In this document: in pieces, positions 26,101 through 38,794 of the stretch
Numbering within the stretch: position 1 is the first letter of the stretch
Layout of the letters: every line of letters begins with the position of its first letter
NCBI RefSeq assembly: GCF_001194135.2
Contig: NC_068992.1
Span: forward strand, 60,984,289 to 61,048,288
Direction: 5' to 3'
Source of the DNA: Octopus bimaculoides
Lineage: Eukaryota
DNA: 64,000 nucleotides
Position numbers and translations under genes: made by a program
The notes under the pieces: generated by a model
The model's database searches: none
Seen by the model: the letters and a program-made list of their open reading frames with translations, nothing else
Told to the model about the DNA's origin: nothing

Positions 26101-28169
26101 TGTTAAATATCTAATTAATAAGCAGCTTTCTCCATTATAATACATACATATATACATACATATGTATATACACACATACACTTTTACACATGTATATATG
26201 TATGTGTGTGTAAATATATAAATGATATATATAAAAATAAATATATAAATGGTGATAATGTTACTGCTGGAACTTTGGTGTATTTTTTTGCAGACAAACT
26301 TAATTCTGAAAGTTCCTGTTGTCTAGTCCACCTATTTAGAAGAGCTCTACAGTGCCGCTTGATTTTATAGAAATGACAACCAAATCTCCCTCAAACTATA
26401 CTTTGCTTCCTTGAGTAAAAAAGTACACATTGTATCATGAGGTTTCAGATATACTTTATCTGAAAATGAGACAGGATGGTCACAACCAGAATGCTTTTGA
26501 TTATAGATCAGCTCAATCAGGACAAAACCTGGAGCCAGGTGAAATGTTTTCAGGAAAAGCATGTTCTAATCTGAATGTCTGCAACAAAATCATCTCTTCT
26601 AAAAGAATCTAAGGATTAAATGATGTGACATTACACCGAGTCATATGTAGAGCCTACCATCTAATTGCTCAATATAATAAGTACTATTAAACCACTGAGT
26701 GATGATCTTGGAGTGGAACATGACGTTTAGCCATCAGGCAGACTAAGATGATTGGAGTAATGTACCTTGCACAAGGACAGGATACAGCTACAATAATTTA
26801 ATGTTTAAGTACCCTATACTAATGCTATTTTAATGTTATTTTAATGCTATTGTTTCTATTTTCTGAATTGCAATGACAGAAATTTTATTTTATTGATAGA
26901 AAGGCAAACCATTTCTTTATTGCAGAGATATCAAAAAAGTGAAAAAGTAAGAGACACTTTATATACACCCCAACATACATATAACTGGCACTCATTTGGT
27001 TACAATGACAAGTGTTCCAAATGATCAAATCAATGGAAAAGCCTGCATGTGAAATTAACGTACAAGTGGCTGAGCACTCCACTGACATGCATGCCCTTAA
27101 CGTAGTCCTCAGAAAGTTTCAGCATTGCACAGAAATACAGGTACTACTCATTTTTTCCAGCTGAGTGGACTGGAACAACATGAAATAAAGCATCTTGCTC
27201 AAGGACACGCAACACACTGCTGGGAACATGCACATATATACTTACATTAGCAGAATACACTCATACATATATGCACATGCACACGTACAATGCTGTCTAT
27301 GTCAGCTGCTTACCCTTCTTTTTAGTTCCTTTTTCTTTTCTTCCTTGTACTTGGGTGAGAAGAGTAAGTGTTCACTTTGAATTAATTCTGGTGAGTAGAA
27401 TAAAGTATTCACTTTGATTTATTTTACATGAATAAATGTAGTAAGTATTCACTTTGATTTTCTTCCTAGTGAGTTGAGTAATTACTCATTGCTTTTGTGT
27501 AAGGTAAACACACACTTTGAGAATACTCTACTAAGTACACTTAAGGAGTTCAATGATCTTCCTGTTTGTTTATTATATTTCGTGTGACAGAATGTTGCTT
27601 CTGTTGATTTTGTTTGTTTGCATTGCTGTATTTATTTATTTTATTTTCCTCTGACATCTGTTACAGAAAGAAATTTATTATTCTCACTGATAAATATTTA
27701 AAAACTGTTTGATTGTTTAGGAATTAAATTCTCTTGTAGTGGTTATATATCATTTGCTTGGCATTAAAAACCATAATCGATAAGTTGATTATCTCTATAT
27801 TGGGACAAGGAACCACTTTTAAACAGCTGGGGCTTCCTGAGACCCGGGTGTCAAAATTTCCTTTCTAATTCATCATCATGGCCTGTTCATCAATAATCAA
27901 TGATAACTGACCATATAAAACACCATCGATAACATCAGAAGTGAACTGCTTTGTCCTCCGTTGTTGTGGCCCAGCTGTAAGTATCAAAGTAAAGTTTGTT
28001 CATGTTATGTTTAGATATTTCTATCTCACTTGGGAGTCTACCCTGATTTGTTTCTTGTACTGCAAGGCAACTAGGAGTAGAGTATTTGTTTCAACAACTG
28101 AAGTTTCTCCCCCAGTCTGTAGACATGCTCAAGCCAGTGGAAGCTTTGTGGCATCAATATCTCTTCCAT

Positions 28170-28675
28170 TCTAGATAGCTTGTAAGGTGGTGGCTTGTAT
28201 GCCTCAATGACCCTGAAAGTTATGCCAGTGGAAGCACAAGCTCCTAGTAGGGTTTCTTATGCTGAACAGGTCAAAGGACAGAGGTCAGACTAATATAGAT
28301 CACCTCTTCTCAGAGGTAAAAATGGGTTTGTGGAGGGCCAACAGCCATACCTAGAAAAAGTCACAGAAGTATCGATGACAATTCAAATCTGGAAGAGGAA
28401 GGCCATTACTCAGGGAAATATATAATACAGTGCAGATAAAATCCAAAAGAAACCAATATCCTGCATTACATGTCAAGCCTTGACCTGTAACTTACCAGGA
28501 GGCAGTAAAAAGGATGCCCTAAAAACAGCTGGAGGCAGGATAATGAAGTAGAGCTGAAAAAGCAGGGATCCATCTGGGGAGAAGCAGAAAAGGTTGCCCA
28601 GAATCAACAGCAAAGGAGAAAAGCTGTCAATGATCTATTCTCAATAAGGAGTGAAGGGCTTAATAAGGTTCCTGA
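28170..28675 (+). mobile_element. Internally deleted RTE derivative, copy 2
   Basis: Same 5'-UTR block as 18530, then degenerate RQALT..Q..K...PKNSWRQD.E.ELK...WGEAEKVAQN RTE C-terminus. Confidence 0.65.
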
Positions 28676-28977
28676 GCCTCATTTTACATTTTATCCCAGG
28701 GTTCCAATATGATATCTTAATTACTTTTGACATGAGCAGCGTAATATTTTTACACTATACCATATGTGAGACAAAGAGGTAGTGTTAGATACCCATGTCC
28801 CACCAGAGTGTCGTATAGTACCCTAGTTCATATCACATTCTAGATATGATATGACACAATCTATGGGTCATGGGGAAATTTTAGAGATATAACTCATACA
28901 TACATGCTAACTCTTGTTTCTTTCTTTTCAGGTTATTAATTGTCTATAATTTGCAAATTAGCATAATCTAAATTTGT

Positions 28978-29345
28978 TGTTGGCACTCCGTCGCTTACGA
29001 CATCGAGGGTTCCAGTTGATCCGATCAACGGAACAGCCTGCTCGTGAAATTAACGTGCAAGTGGCTGAGCACTCCACAGACGCGTGTACCCTTAACGTAG
29101 TTCTCGGGGATATTCAGCGTGATACAGTGTGACAAGGCTGACCCTTTGAATTACAGGCACAACAGAAACAGGAAGAAAGAGTGAGAGAAAGTTGTGGTGA
29201 AAGAGTACAGCAGGGTTCGCCACCATCCCCTGCCGGAGCCTCGTGGAACTTTAGGTGTTTTCGCTCAATAAACACTCACAACGCTCGGTCTGGGAATGAA
29301 ACCTGCGAGTCCGCTGCCCTAACCACTGGGCCATTGCGCCTCCAC
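28978..29345 (-). mobile_element. Well-preserved tRNA-derived SINE (second family); another copy at 43867-44245, partial copies at about 27010-27230 and 49570-49740
   Basis: Minus head GTGGAGGCGCAATGGCCCAGTGGTTAGGGCAGCGGACTCGC (A box, tRNA-like); high similarity between copies. Confidence 0.88.
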
Positions 29346-29409
29346 AATCTAAATTAGTAAACCTAAATATAAATTAGCAATACCAGGCATTCTAAAAATA
29401 ACAAAACCT

Positions 29410-30625
29410 CATAATGAGCACTGACCCAGGCAAAGCACCAGTGAATCTCTTTTATAATGCTAAGAAAAGAAAAACCATTCTGAGCAGTTCCAGCAGTGAA
29501 GATGGAGATGATAATTCCTAATGTGATTTGTCTTTAAATGATGATGACCTTTATCACCCTCCTGATACTACTAGCACCTGACCTGAATCAGATTCTGAAA
29601 GTGACACTGAAAAAGCAAATAATAATCAAGCTGATACTTCAGGGAATGGGTGTCACCCAGTGGATGGATGGGTCCCAGCAGCACACTTTTCCATTTGTCA
29701 ATCCAGGTTTGGGGTCCAGCAACTGTTGTCACTCCTTATGATGCATATAAACTTTTAGTAACTGATGAAATACTGTAACTGATATTTGAAGAAACAAATC
29801 GCAATTATTACCAAAATAAAAATGCTGGAAATGCTAAGTTAAAAGGAAAGACACGAACTGTGATGAAATAAAGAAGTTTTGGGGCATCATTATGTACATG
29901 GGAGTTATAAGATATTCAAAGATATCAAATTATTGGCAAAAAGATTCATTCTTCAAAAACTCTTATATGCTTCAAATAATGTCATGAAATAGGTTTCAGG
30001 CATTGTTGCAATTTGTGCTCTTTGCAGATAACCAAACTGCTGGAATGGACTGCTGACTGAAAATTAAGAACCTTCTAGAAATTCTTGAAAAAAATTTCAT
30101 TTCTGCTAATACTCTAGGTGAATACATTGCTGTTGATGAAACAATGGTACCATGGTATGGGTGGTTGGATTTTCGTCAATACAATCCTGGGAAAGTATAT
30201 AAATATGGCATGAAACTTTATAAAGTATGTGATCTCTACAATTACACGTACACCAGTTGTATTTATGCTGGAAAAGAAGGAAATATATAACAATTATGAC
30301 CATCTACTTCATACTCTCTCCTATACTGACACTGACTGACAGTATTTATAATGACTAATACATACCACTTGTCACATGGGAAGGGTGTACCATTATTGCT
30401 ATTATCCCCATAACAAACACCAAGAGCTGCATGCACTAGTACCCACCATAACTGGAAAAGATGTAGCAAGAGGGACAAACTGAACAGAATAGTTTGTAAA
30501 AGACGTGTAGGCTATTACAGCTAAATGAGGAACACAATGAGTGTAAAGGAAGCAGATAAAAGGAAATACACATTGTGCTGAATGCACAGATAATCCTTCC
30601 CTTTGCCTTGAGTGTTTCAGCAAGT
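29410..30625 (+). mobile_element. piggyBac transposase pseudogene
   Basis: GEYIAVDETMVPWYG..FRQYNPGK.YKYGMKLYKVCD at about 30115-30250; Cys-rich C-terminal remnant at about 30560-30620; many stops and frameshifts. Confidence 0.88.
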
Positions 30626-31577
30626 GACACTAGGAATATTGGTCAATTAAATTTTTTAGGTATTTTCTATTGGAAGATCTTGAAATCTTTTCAAAAAGAA
30701 CTATTTTGGTTTCTATGGCAAGTAAAATATTTTTCATTCTCTTCTGTTTCTATTGGAAAATCTACCAATGTTTTCAAAAAGAACTAGTTATTTTTGTTTC
30801 AATGGCAAATAAAATTTTCTCAATACTCAATCATTACATGGTGAAATCGGAAGCAAAATGAAAAAAATTACTTGAAAAAAATCTAGTGTACCAAAAGCAC
30901 AAATCAAAGCAATCAGAGCATACCATCTCTCAGAAAACCCAGAGGAAAGAAATTAAAACAGGACCTGCTGACAGGTTGGGCAAGACTTGCTAACATACCA
31001 CCAGACCCACCAGCAGGATGTGTGGGAGCCAATGTGTTTAGTAAGTAAAGAACCAGTAACAAGCAGTCTTGATGAGGTTACAAGTTGTTTTGATGCAAAA
31101 GGCCAGACCATGTACAGGTGGCACACTCTTTAATTAGCATAAAGAAAAACAACAAAGGAGAAGTTTTAAAATATAAGAAAACAAATGAGAGTATATTTCA
31201 GTGAAAAATCATTGGTGCATGTGAAGAATAAATTTTAAAGTGTTTTTTTTTTAGTTGAACATGAACAGGAGGGAAAAAGAAATGAAAAAAACTAACAAAT
31301 AGACATCAAAAGAAAAAGAACAAGGTGTGACATGTCATAACAGAAACTGAAAACTATATACATAAATACACTGATATAAATCAATAAATAGATAATTTTT
31401 TTTTTTTATTATTCTTCTTTTATTTTCCTGGTTTCAGTCATTAGACAGTGGTTATGCTGGGACACCACTTTCAAGTGATGTTTGTGGAATATATTGATAA
31501 TAGTTGTTTGTTTTGGTTTTTATTTTATTGCCACATGCTGTGACACCTTCACAGCAGCAACTTAGCTGCTTGTCAGG

Positions 31578-31815
31578 TTGAGAAGGGCAAACTGTCAAAG
31601 TATTGGTCACTCTCTGACAGGTTTGTGATTGAGCCTGTGGCAGTAGAGACCTCTGGCATTCTCAGCCCCTGAACCACATCTCTGCTCACCATTATCCTGG
31701 CTGAGATGGTTATCTACAAGTGCAAACCCCATATGTTAGAGTGGCCATCCCAGTGCATATCCTTAGCCATCCTCCAGGACAACACCTTTTCCATTTTGTC
31801 TGCTGGGACCAAGAG
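31578..31815 (+). mobile_element. CRE-like (RLE-endonuclease) LINE 3' remnant
   Basis: KLSKYWSL...IEPVAVETSG...ISLAILQDNTFSILSAG resembles the CRE motif EP.AVET.G...LAI.RGNAFSIL. Confidence 0.6.
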
Positions 31816-32205
31816 GCAAACTAATAAGCCTTTTTAGATACTATTTGTTACTTATTGGTTGTTTATATAGGTGGTGCCTCAGTATAGCTGCTGTCCAATG
31901 ACTCAATCGAGTAAAAAAATTTTAAAATAACTCTAAATTTTGAAAGGAATCCTGCTCTCTGGATCCCAAAAGGTAGTCTTGTTTCACTTTGCAGAATTTT
32001 TCTCTGAGGCTCTGCTTCTGCACATCTTGCATCTCACCAATGCCCAAGAAGAGCAGTGAAAAGAATGATAAGAAGAAGACAAGAAGGAATAGGATATGAG
32101 GGAGAGAAAGCAAGAGTAAAAGGATGAAAGCATTTGTAACTTTCAATAGGTTCTTAGACCACCATGGAACATGAAAAGCTGGGATAAGAGCCACCTCTCT
32201 CTCTC

Positions 32206-32240
<35 letters not shown>

Positions 32241-34089
32241 CTCTCTCTCCAAACTAGAAGCAATGATTGAAAATTGCAGCTGTGACTAACTGAATAAGCC
32301 ACTAACTGCTAGAAATTGCAGCTTAGTTCTCTTCAAACTATATCTTATTATCGCAAGTAAGAAAAAGACACATTATGTAACTTATGTGCAAATACTGAAA
32401 AATATGAGATGACTACAGTTGAAATGTCTTTGTTCAATAGTATGCTCAATGACAATTGACCTGGGGCTTAACAATAAATGTATACATGAAAAATGAGATA
32501 TCAAAACCAGTTTACAAACTCAGTTGATAAAGAACTAATAACTTTTTATGGTATTTGCAAGAGAAAGGAATGGAAATAAAGGAGGATGAAAGTAATGGTG
32601 TGAAATAGAAGCTGAGAAGGAAGAAAAGATAAGATAGATGAGAAAGTATAAAGAAAGCAAAAGGAAGAGAGAGGGGGAGAAAGAAAGAAAGAAAGAGTGA
32701 GAGAGAAAGAGAGGAGAGGGTGAGAGGAAAAAAATAGGTGAATTATTGAACTTGGGAAAACAGTGAAAATAGAGAAAAGAAAGAGAGACAGACAGACAGA
32801 CAAAAGTGTGGCGTTAATGATATGTAGAGGGTGAAATGAAAAATATGTGGTAAAGAAAAAAAAGAAGTCGGAGCAATAGAAAAAGAGAGAGAGTGAAAGT
32901 AGGAGGATTGAGTGGGGAAAAAAAGGTTGTTAGATAGGATAGATAGATATCTAAGATAAATAGAGAGACAGAATGATAATATAAAATAGAATGATATAAT
33001 ATTACTTATGAGAGATATTCATTTTTATCAGAGCCCTTAATCAAAAGGATATATAATTGGTCTTAGCCAGACAATGAGAGAAATAAAGAGAGAGGGGGAG
33101 AGAGAGAGAGAGAGAGAAATTTGAGTAAGACATACACACACCCACAAAACAATTATCTATATATTGAATATTTGCTCTGCGAATCTTTATGGATCTACAG
33201 TGCGCTCTTTCCAGTTTTGTGCATGTATATATGTGTATGTATGTGTATATGTATGTATGAGTGTATGTATGTATGTATACATATATACACATGTACACAC
33301 ACACATGTCTGTATATATATACGTATGTATGTATATGTATACATGTACACACGCACACACACACACACACCCACAGAGAAAAAGTGAGAGGAATGGAATG
33401 AGAAAAAGTGAAGAGTGAAAGAATTAGAGACACTGATAGAGAGAGAGAGAGAGTCAAACAATTGAAAAGGTTACTGTAGAATTGATCCGTGTTCTGGAAA
33501 AATTTTATCAATAAATCCATCAAATGTTCAGTCTTATTTCATTCCCTGTATTGAACATTACAGGACAAATGTTTTGTTAAATAAACAAACAAATAAGTAA
33601 ATAGATGAAAAATAAATAATTGTTAGAAGTATCTTGAATATGTGCCAAACATTATTTATATAATAGCCTTTTTTTCATATAGCGATTTTCTGCTTTGCTA
33701 ATCAACAACAATTGATATAACTGTAAGCTAATCTTTTAATTCTTTTTTTTATCAGGGATCTCTAATCCTTCCCTTTCCCTCCTCCATCTCTCTTATTTTT
33801 TTAAGGTGAAAGCTTTTGGAGACTGCTGCACACATTCCTTTTTCATTAATATGTATGTGCACGTGCACACACACACAAATACTGGGTTGAAAACACTTTT
33901 GGAAAGAAAAGGTTGAATACTGCCCGTGAAACTCAAACCCACATCACCTGTGAACATAAGTGTCTTACCACTGGACCAAAACAATACCTCAGATCTATCT
34001 AGTCTAGAAACTCTTTTCTTTTATCAGTGAGACTTGTATGTTTATACTCCCAGCAGTGTAAACCATACCAAAGTACACTTTGGAGCATC

Positions 34090-34525
34090 AAGCAATTCTC
34101 GGATCTGCCGGATCTTGACACACCATCCAACACATGCATGCATAGAAATGCCATGAGATGAACATGATCAATGTTTTCCTTGGTGATGACAGTTGCAGGA
34201 TGTCCAGACTTTGGGTCATCTTCAAGACTATTCTTTCTCCTCCTAAATTCAGCTGCTCACTATTGCACTATTGGTAAAGCTGGAATGTCATCCCCTAATA
34301 TAACAACAATTTCTGCAGCTACTTGATAATACCACAATGCCAAATTATGTCCAAGTCATTACTAGTTACTTTTGAAGTCTTCTTTGAACAGGCAAATGTC
34401 AATTTACATAGAAAGGAACAATGCAGTTATTAATAAGGAGAGTTGAAGTTAATACATACAAGATTTCACAGCTCTAGCATCATTCCTCCATAGTCAGCCT
34501 ACACACTTTTCAGGCCACCCTTGTA
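34090..34525 (-). mobile_element. Mariner 5' remnant (different family) with 5' TIR
   Basis: Minus strand begins TA-CAAGGGTGGCCTGAAAAGT; degenerate MDKIWH.GIIK...AAEF.R.R.SLEDDP.SG.PA HTH segment. Confidence 0.75.
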
Positions 34526-34533
34526 CGTATATA

Positions 34534-34622
34534 TGTGACCTCTTCAGCGAATCTTCCATCCCAACTGTCTCCTCAGAACAGGAGGAGACACATGGGATGG
34601 AAGATTCGCTGAAGAGGTCACA
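34534..34622. other. Near-perfect 89-nt hairpin (30 bp + 2x2 mismatch + 9 bp + 7-nt loop); candidate small-RNA precursor
   Basis: Base-by-base pairing of 34534-34574 with 34582-34622. Confidence 0.85.
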
Positions 34623-36517
34623 GGTGTGTAACAAAAGATTTCCAGACAATGGACATGAAATAAAATAAGAACTATTATAAACAAGGGAAGAATGAACATA
34701 TTGTGTGTGTGTTTATGTAGCAAGAAAAATAAATGACCATCCTGAAATATAACAATATTTGTCTCAACACACAATTTCACATCAGGTATCTTGCAAACAA
34801 ACTTATAAACGTATCTATATATCTATCTATCTATCTAGATCGATAGATAGATAGATATACATATACACATACATACATACATATAGGGAAATTCGCTAGC
34901 TTGGCCAAGTTTGTATGTACGCCAGAGGGAGAAAAGGAACCTGACATTTTGGGGCTATCCCTTTGGCTGAGAGATATTGCGAAAGCGAATATATTGACAC
35001 ACATTCACGATCACTCATACGCGTGCGTATGTTGCATCAAGAATTTCTGATGTAATTATTTCGTATTTTCTTACTTTTCCGTTTAAGTTGTGTATTTTTC
35101 TTTTATTTCTATCTTTATTCTTTTCATTCCTCGCGTCATTTATTTGCTTTCTTCATATCTCATTACCATTTCCTTTCTTCATTTCTGTCCGATGTCTTTC
35201 TCCCTTTCTTCATTTCTGTTGAATCCTTGCATTCTTTCGGGTTTTCTTTTTGCTATTATTTTCAGTCTTTCACCATAAATTATATACCTTCATTTATCTT
35301 CCAATCTTTCTTGTATTTTTTCGTTCTATTTTCATTCATTTCTTTTCCTTACCTTTTTACCCCACCTTCATTTAACTCTATCTTTCATTTCTTCTTTCAA
35401 TCCTCCCCCACTTTTCTCCTATTGTTTTCTTTCTTTCCATTTTTATTCTCTTTCCTTATACGTCTTTCTCCTTTTAACTTCCACGTTCTCCCTCCTACTA
35501 TTATTACTCCTTTCTATCTTTCTTTTTCTTTCAGAGTCAATCGATCACCAGATTGCCGACACATCGTGCTATTGTCAGACAAGCAAACCCCTGCACCTTC
35601 GTATGCGAACAGTATATGCAGTATCAAGTGTCTTTAGGGTGAGCAGAAAGTAGTAGTAGTAGTAGAGGTGGCGGCGGTGGTGTGTGATGGTGAAGATAAT
35701 AGTATTGATAGTAATCGTAGTATTTGTGACCGCAGTAGCAGGGATGTGCAATTCGTGGTGACGCTAATAGCTACAGCGGTAGTAATTTTAATAGTAGTAA
35801 TAGTGAAGTGCTAGTAGTAGTAATAGAAAGTGTGGGGATGATGGCGGGTGGTGGTGGTAGGGGTTATGGAGGAAGGTAGCCATATTTGTAGTACTGGTGG
35901 TCATTGTGACCACAGTGATGCTAATGATTACATTGACAGTCGTCGGGATGGAAGTACTAGCAGTAGTAGTAGTAGTAGTGACGGTGATGACTGTGAATGG
36001 TGAAGGTTATGTCTGTAGTAGTGGTGGTTGTCGTGACAACGAATGGACTGCAGCGGTTGTAAAAGTTAGTGGAAATCGCAACCCTACAGTGGTCAGAAAG
36101 GTTCTGGAACTAGTAGCCTCGCTAGGAATGACAATAACAACAGTGGAGGAGATGGTGGTGGTGGTGGTAGTAGTAGTAGTAGTTTTTGTAATTATAGTTT
36201 AGTTTTTAAACTAATTTTCGGCAATCGTTGATGAATTTGAAAGAAATAACTTGAGAAAGGTAACAGATAACGGGTCTGATTTGATAAACAAAAATGTAAT
36301 TACTCTCACTCATTGCAGCAGTATATTTGGTCTGTGGTAGAAGTTATAATAAGAATGTATATTCTGAGATCAGGAGGATAACCGTTTCGATGGGGCGGGT
36401 GCCTGGCAACCAGACAAGCGGTCGATAATTCCTATTTTGTCCATGAGCACTAGCTGCATCGCTGTTGGTGTTGTTGCTGCTGCTATCTACCCTGGTCGTG
36501 TACATCTATAATCAAAT

Positions 36518-36612
36518 GGGGCGAAGCTAGAGAATACACACACCCGGTGTTTAAAGTTAGGGTTAAGGTTACGCCGAAAACGGGTGGTGTGCGTATTCTT
36601 TACCTCCGCCTC
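36518..36612. mobile_element. 95-bp palindromic mini-element with a GTTAGGGTTAAGGTTA core
   Basis: GGGGCGAAGCTAGAGAATACACACACCCG versus reverse complement GAGGCGGAGGTAAAGAATACGCACACCACCCG. Confidence 0.55.
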
Positions 36613-36939
36613 AAAGGATCATAGAGACATTTTTAAAGACAACCAGAAGAGGTGGAACTTAGTACTTGCAAACTAAACCACTCGAAAGTTTTGAAGAGCT
36701 GATGCTGCATACTGCGATGTGTTATCCTTACTCTGTTATGATCCCTATCTATGGCGAATAAATTGGAAACAACAAGAAAGCCTAGATGGAGTTTTGAATT
36801 TTTCTTTTTAATTATAATCTTTTAGTCTAGCGGTTCTCAACCATTTTATTGCCTTTGGATCCCATCGATTCCTATTTTATCTGCTGGACCCACACCTCCA
36901 TTGTCAGTTGATGTTTTAAATATTCTTTTCTACTCTAAG

Positions 36940-37125
36940 CACAAGACCTGGAATCTTTGGGGAGGTAGCCAGTCGATTAGATCGACTCCAATATGCAACT
37001 GGTAATTAATTTATCGACCCCGAAAGGATGAAAAGCAAAGTCGACCTCGGCGGAATTTGAACTCAGAACGTAAAGACAGACGAAATACCGCTAAGCATTT
37101 CGCCCGGCGAAATGCTTAGCGGTAT
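36940..37125 (-). mobile_element. SINE (third family), 5'-truncated by a fold-back; relatives at about 17577, 24253, 45490, 54335 and 63400
   Basis: GTTCTGAGTTCAAATTCCGCCGAGGTCGACTTTGC B-box-containing core on the minus strand. Confidence 0.8.
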
Positions 37126-37394
37126 GTACATATCTATATATACATAGACATTTATACAGATACACACACACACACACATGCATACGTCAGTGATTAATAC
37201 ATTATTTATGTGTTGGGACGCCCTTCCTAATGCCAACCACTTTACAGCATGTATTTGGTGTTTTTTCGTGTCAAGTTAGTCACCTGTGTAGTTAATCAAG
37301 TTATCGAGTTATTCAGGAAGGCGTAATATCCAGTGACAGGTGTAGCATAATTATTGTTAGCTGCTACAAGGATAAGATAGAAGCAATTATAGAG

Positions 37395-38780
37395 GCATCA
37401 AAGATGATATGAAGAGAGTTATAGTCCAATTTATTAGGAGCAGAATTGGGTTACACAAAATGCAGCTTGGCTTCATCCCAGAGAGAGAAGTACTACTGGT
37501 ACTATTTTCATAGTCAGGCAACTGCAAGAGAAATACTTAGCTAAGAATAAGCCATCATACTTGGCATTTGTTGATCTAGAAAAAGCCATCAATAAAGTAC
37601 CCCACAGTGTGTGATATGGTGGGCTCTGAGGAGGGCTATGGGTAGACAAGTACCTTGTGGAAGCTATACAGGTCATGTACAGAGATGCTTTCAGTAAGGG
37701 GAGAGTTAATGTGGGTACAGCAAAGAATTTGGTGTACTGGTAGACTTCCTTCAAGACTCAGTCCTCAGTCCCCTCCATTTCATCATTATCCTGTGGAAGA
37801 ATTCAAGATCAGCAGCTCCTGAGAACTACTACATGCTGATGATCTTGCCCTCGTACCAGATTCTATATCAGAGCTAGAAAAGAAATTCCAGGAGTGTAAG
37901 CAAAACCTTGAATCTAAGGATCTTAAGTGTAACTTAGCAAAGATTAAGGTCTTATAAACAAGAAAACAGATCCTATCCACTTAAAGTAAGTGACCCTGAT
38001 CAATTTGTAGGAAAGGTGTAGGCAGGAATTCCATATGGTGCACCCAGTGTAAGCTATGGACACACAAGAGGAACAGTGGAATAATGGGAAGGTTATCAGA
38101 CAAAGCAGTGTTCATATGTGGAAGATGCACAGGAGCCATAAAAACTACTGATACTCAGGAAATTTGAATTTCTCAAATGCCCTGGAGGCTCATTAGAGGT
38201 AGTAGAAAATTTCTGCTACCTGAAGGACCAAATTAGTAGTGGGGGAGGATGCATGGAAAGTGTAATAGCTAGAATGAGAATAGGATGGAGAAAATTCAGA
38301 GAGCTTTTACCTCTGTTGGCAACCAAAGTTTTCTCTCTTCAGGTGAAAGGAACATTGTATGATGCATGTATATGAACAAGCATGACTGTGTGGAAAGAAG
38401 CTTGCTTTCCAACCACATGGTTCCAGGCTCAGTCCCACTGCATGGCACCTTGGACAACTGTCTTCTACTATAGCCTCGGGCCAACCAAAGCCTTGAGAGT
38501 GGATTTGGCAGATGGAAACTGAAAGAAGCCCATCGTATATATATGTAAATATGTGTGTGTCTGTGTTTGTTCCCTCCACCACTATCACTTGACAACTGGT
38601 GTTAGTGTGCTTACATCCCCATAACTTAGTGGTTCCAGCATGGCCACAGTCAAATGAGTGAAACAAGTAAAAGAGTAAAAGAGAACAGCAATTCTACATG
38701 GTAGTGAGATGTGGACCCTGAATGCAGAAGACATGCAAAGGCTAGAGAGGAATGAGACTAGTATACTCTGCTAGATATTT
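37395..38780 (+). mobile_element. RTE-clade LINE RT remnant with a nested SINE (about 38380-38675)
   Basis: QLGFIP.RSTT.TIFIVRQLQEKYL...AFVDLEKA; HADDLA at about 37831; LHGSEMW after the SINE. Confidence 0.88.
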
Positions 38781-38794
38781 ATGAGCAACAATTA

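Noticed and set aside
27362-27545. CRISPR-like array
   Set aside because: Eukaryotic context, short degenerate repeats and no cas genes
35090-35534. Hydrophobic F/S/L-rich 'membrane protein' ORFs (also 32546-32803)
   Set aside because: Translations of polypyrimidine low-complexity DNA
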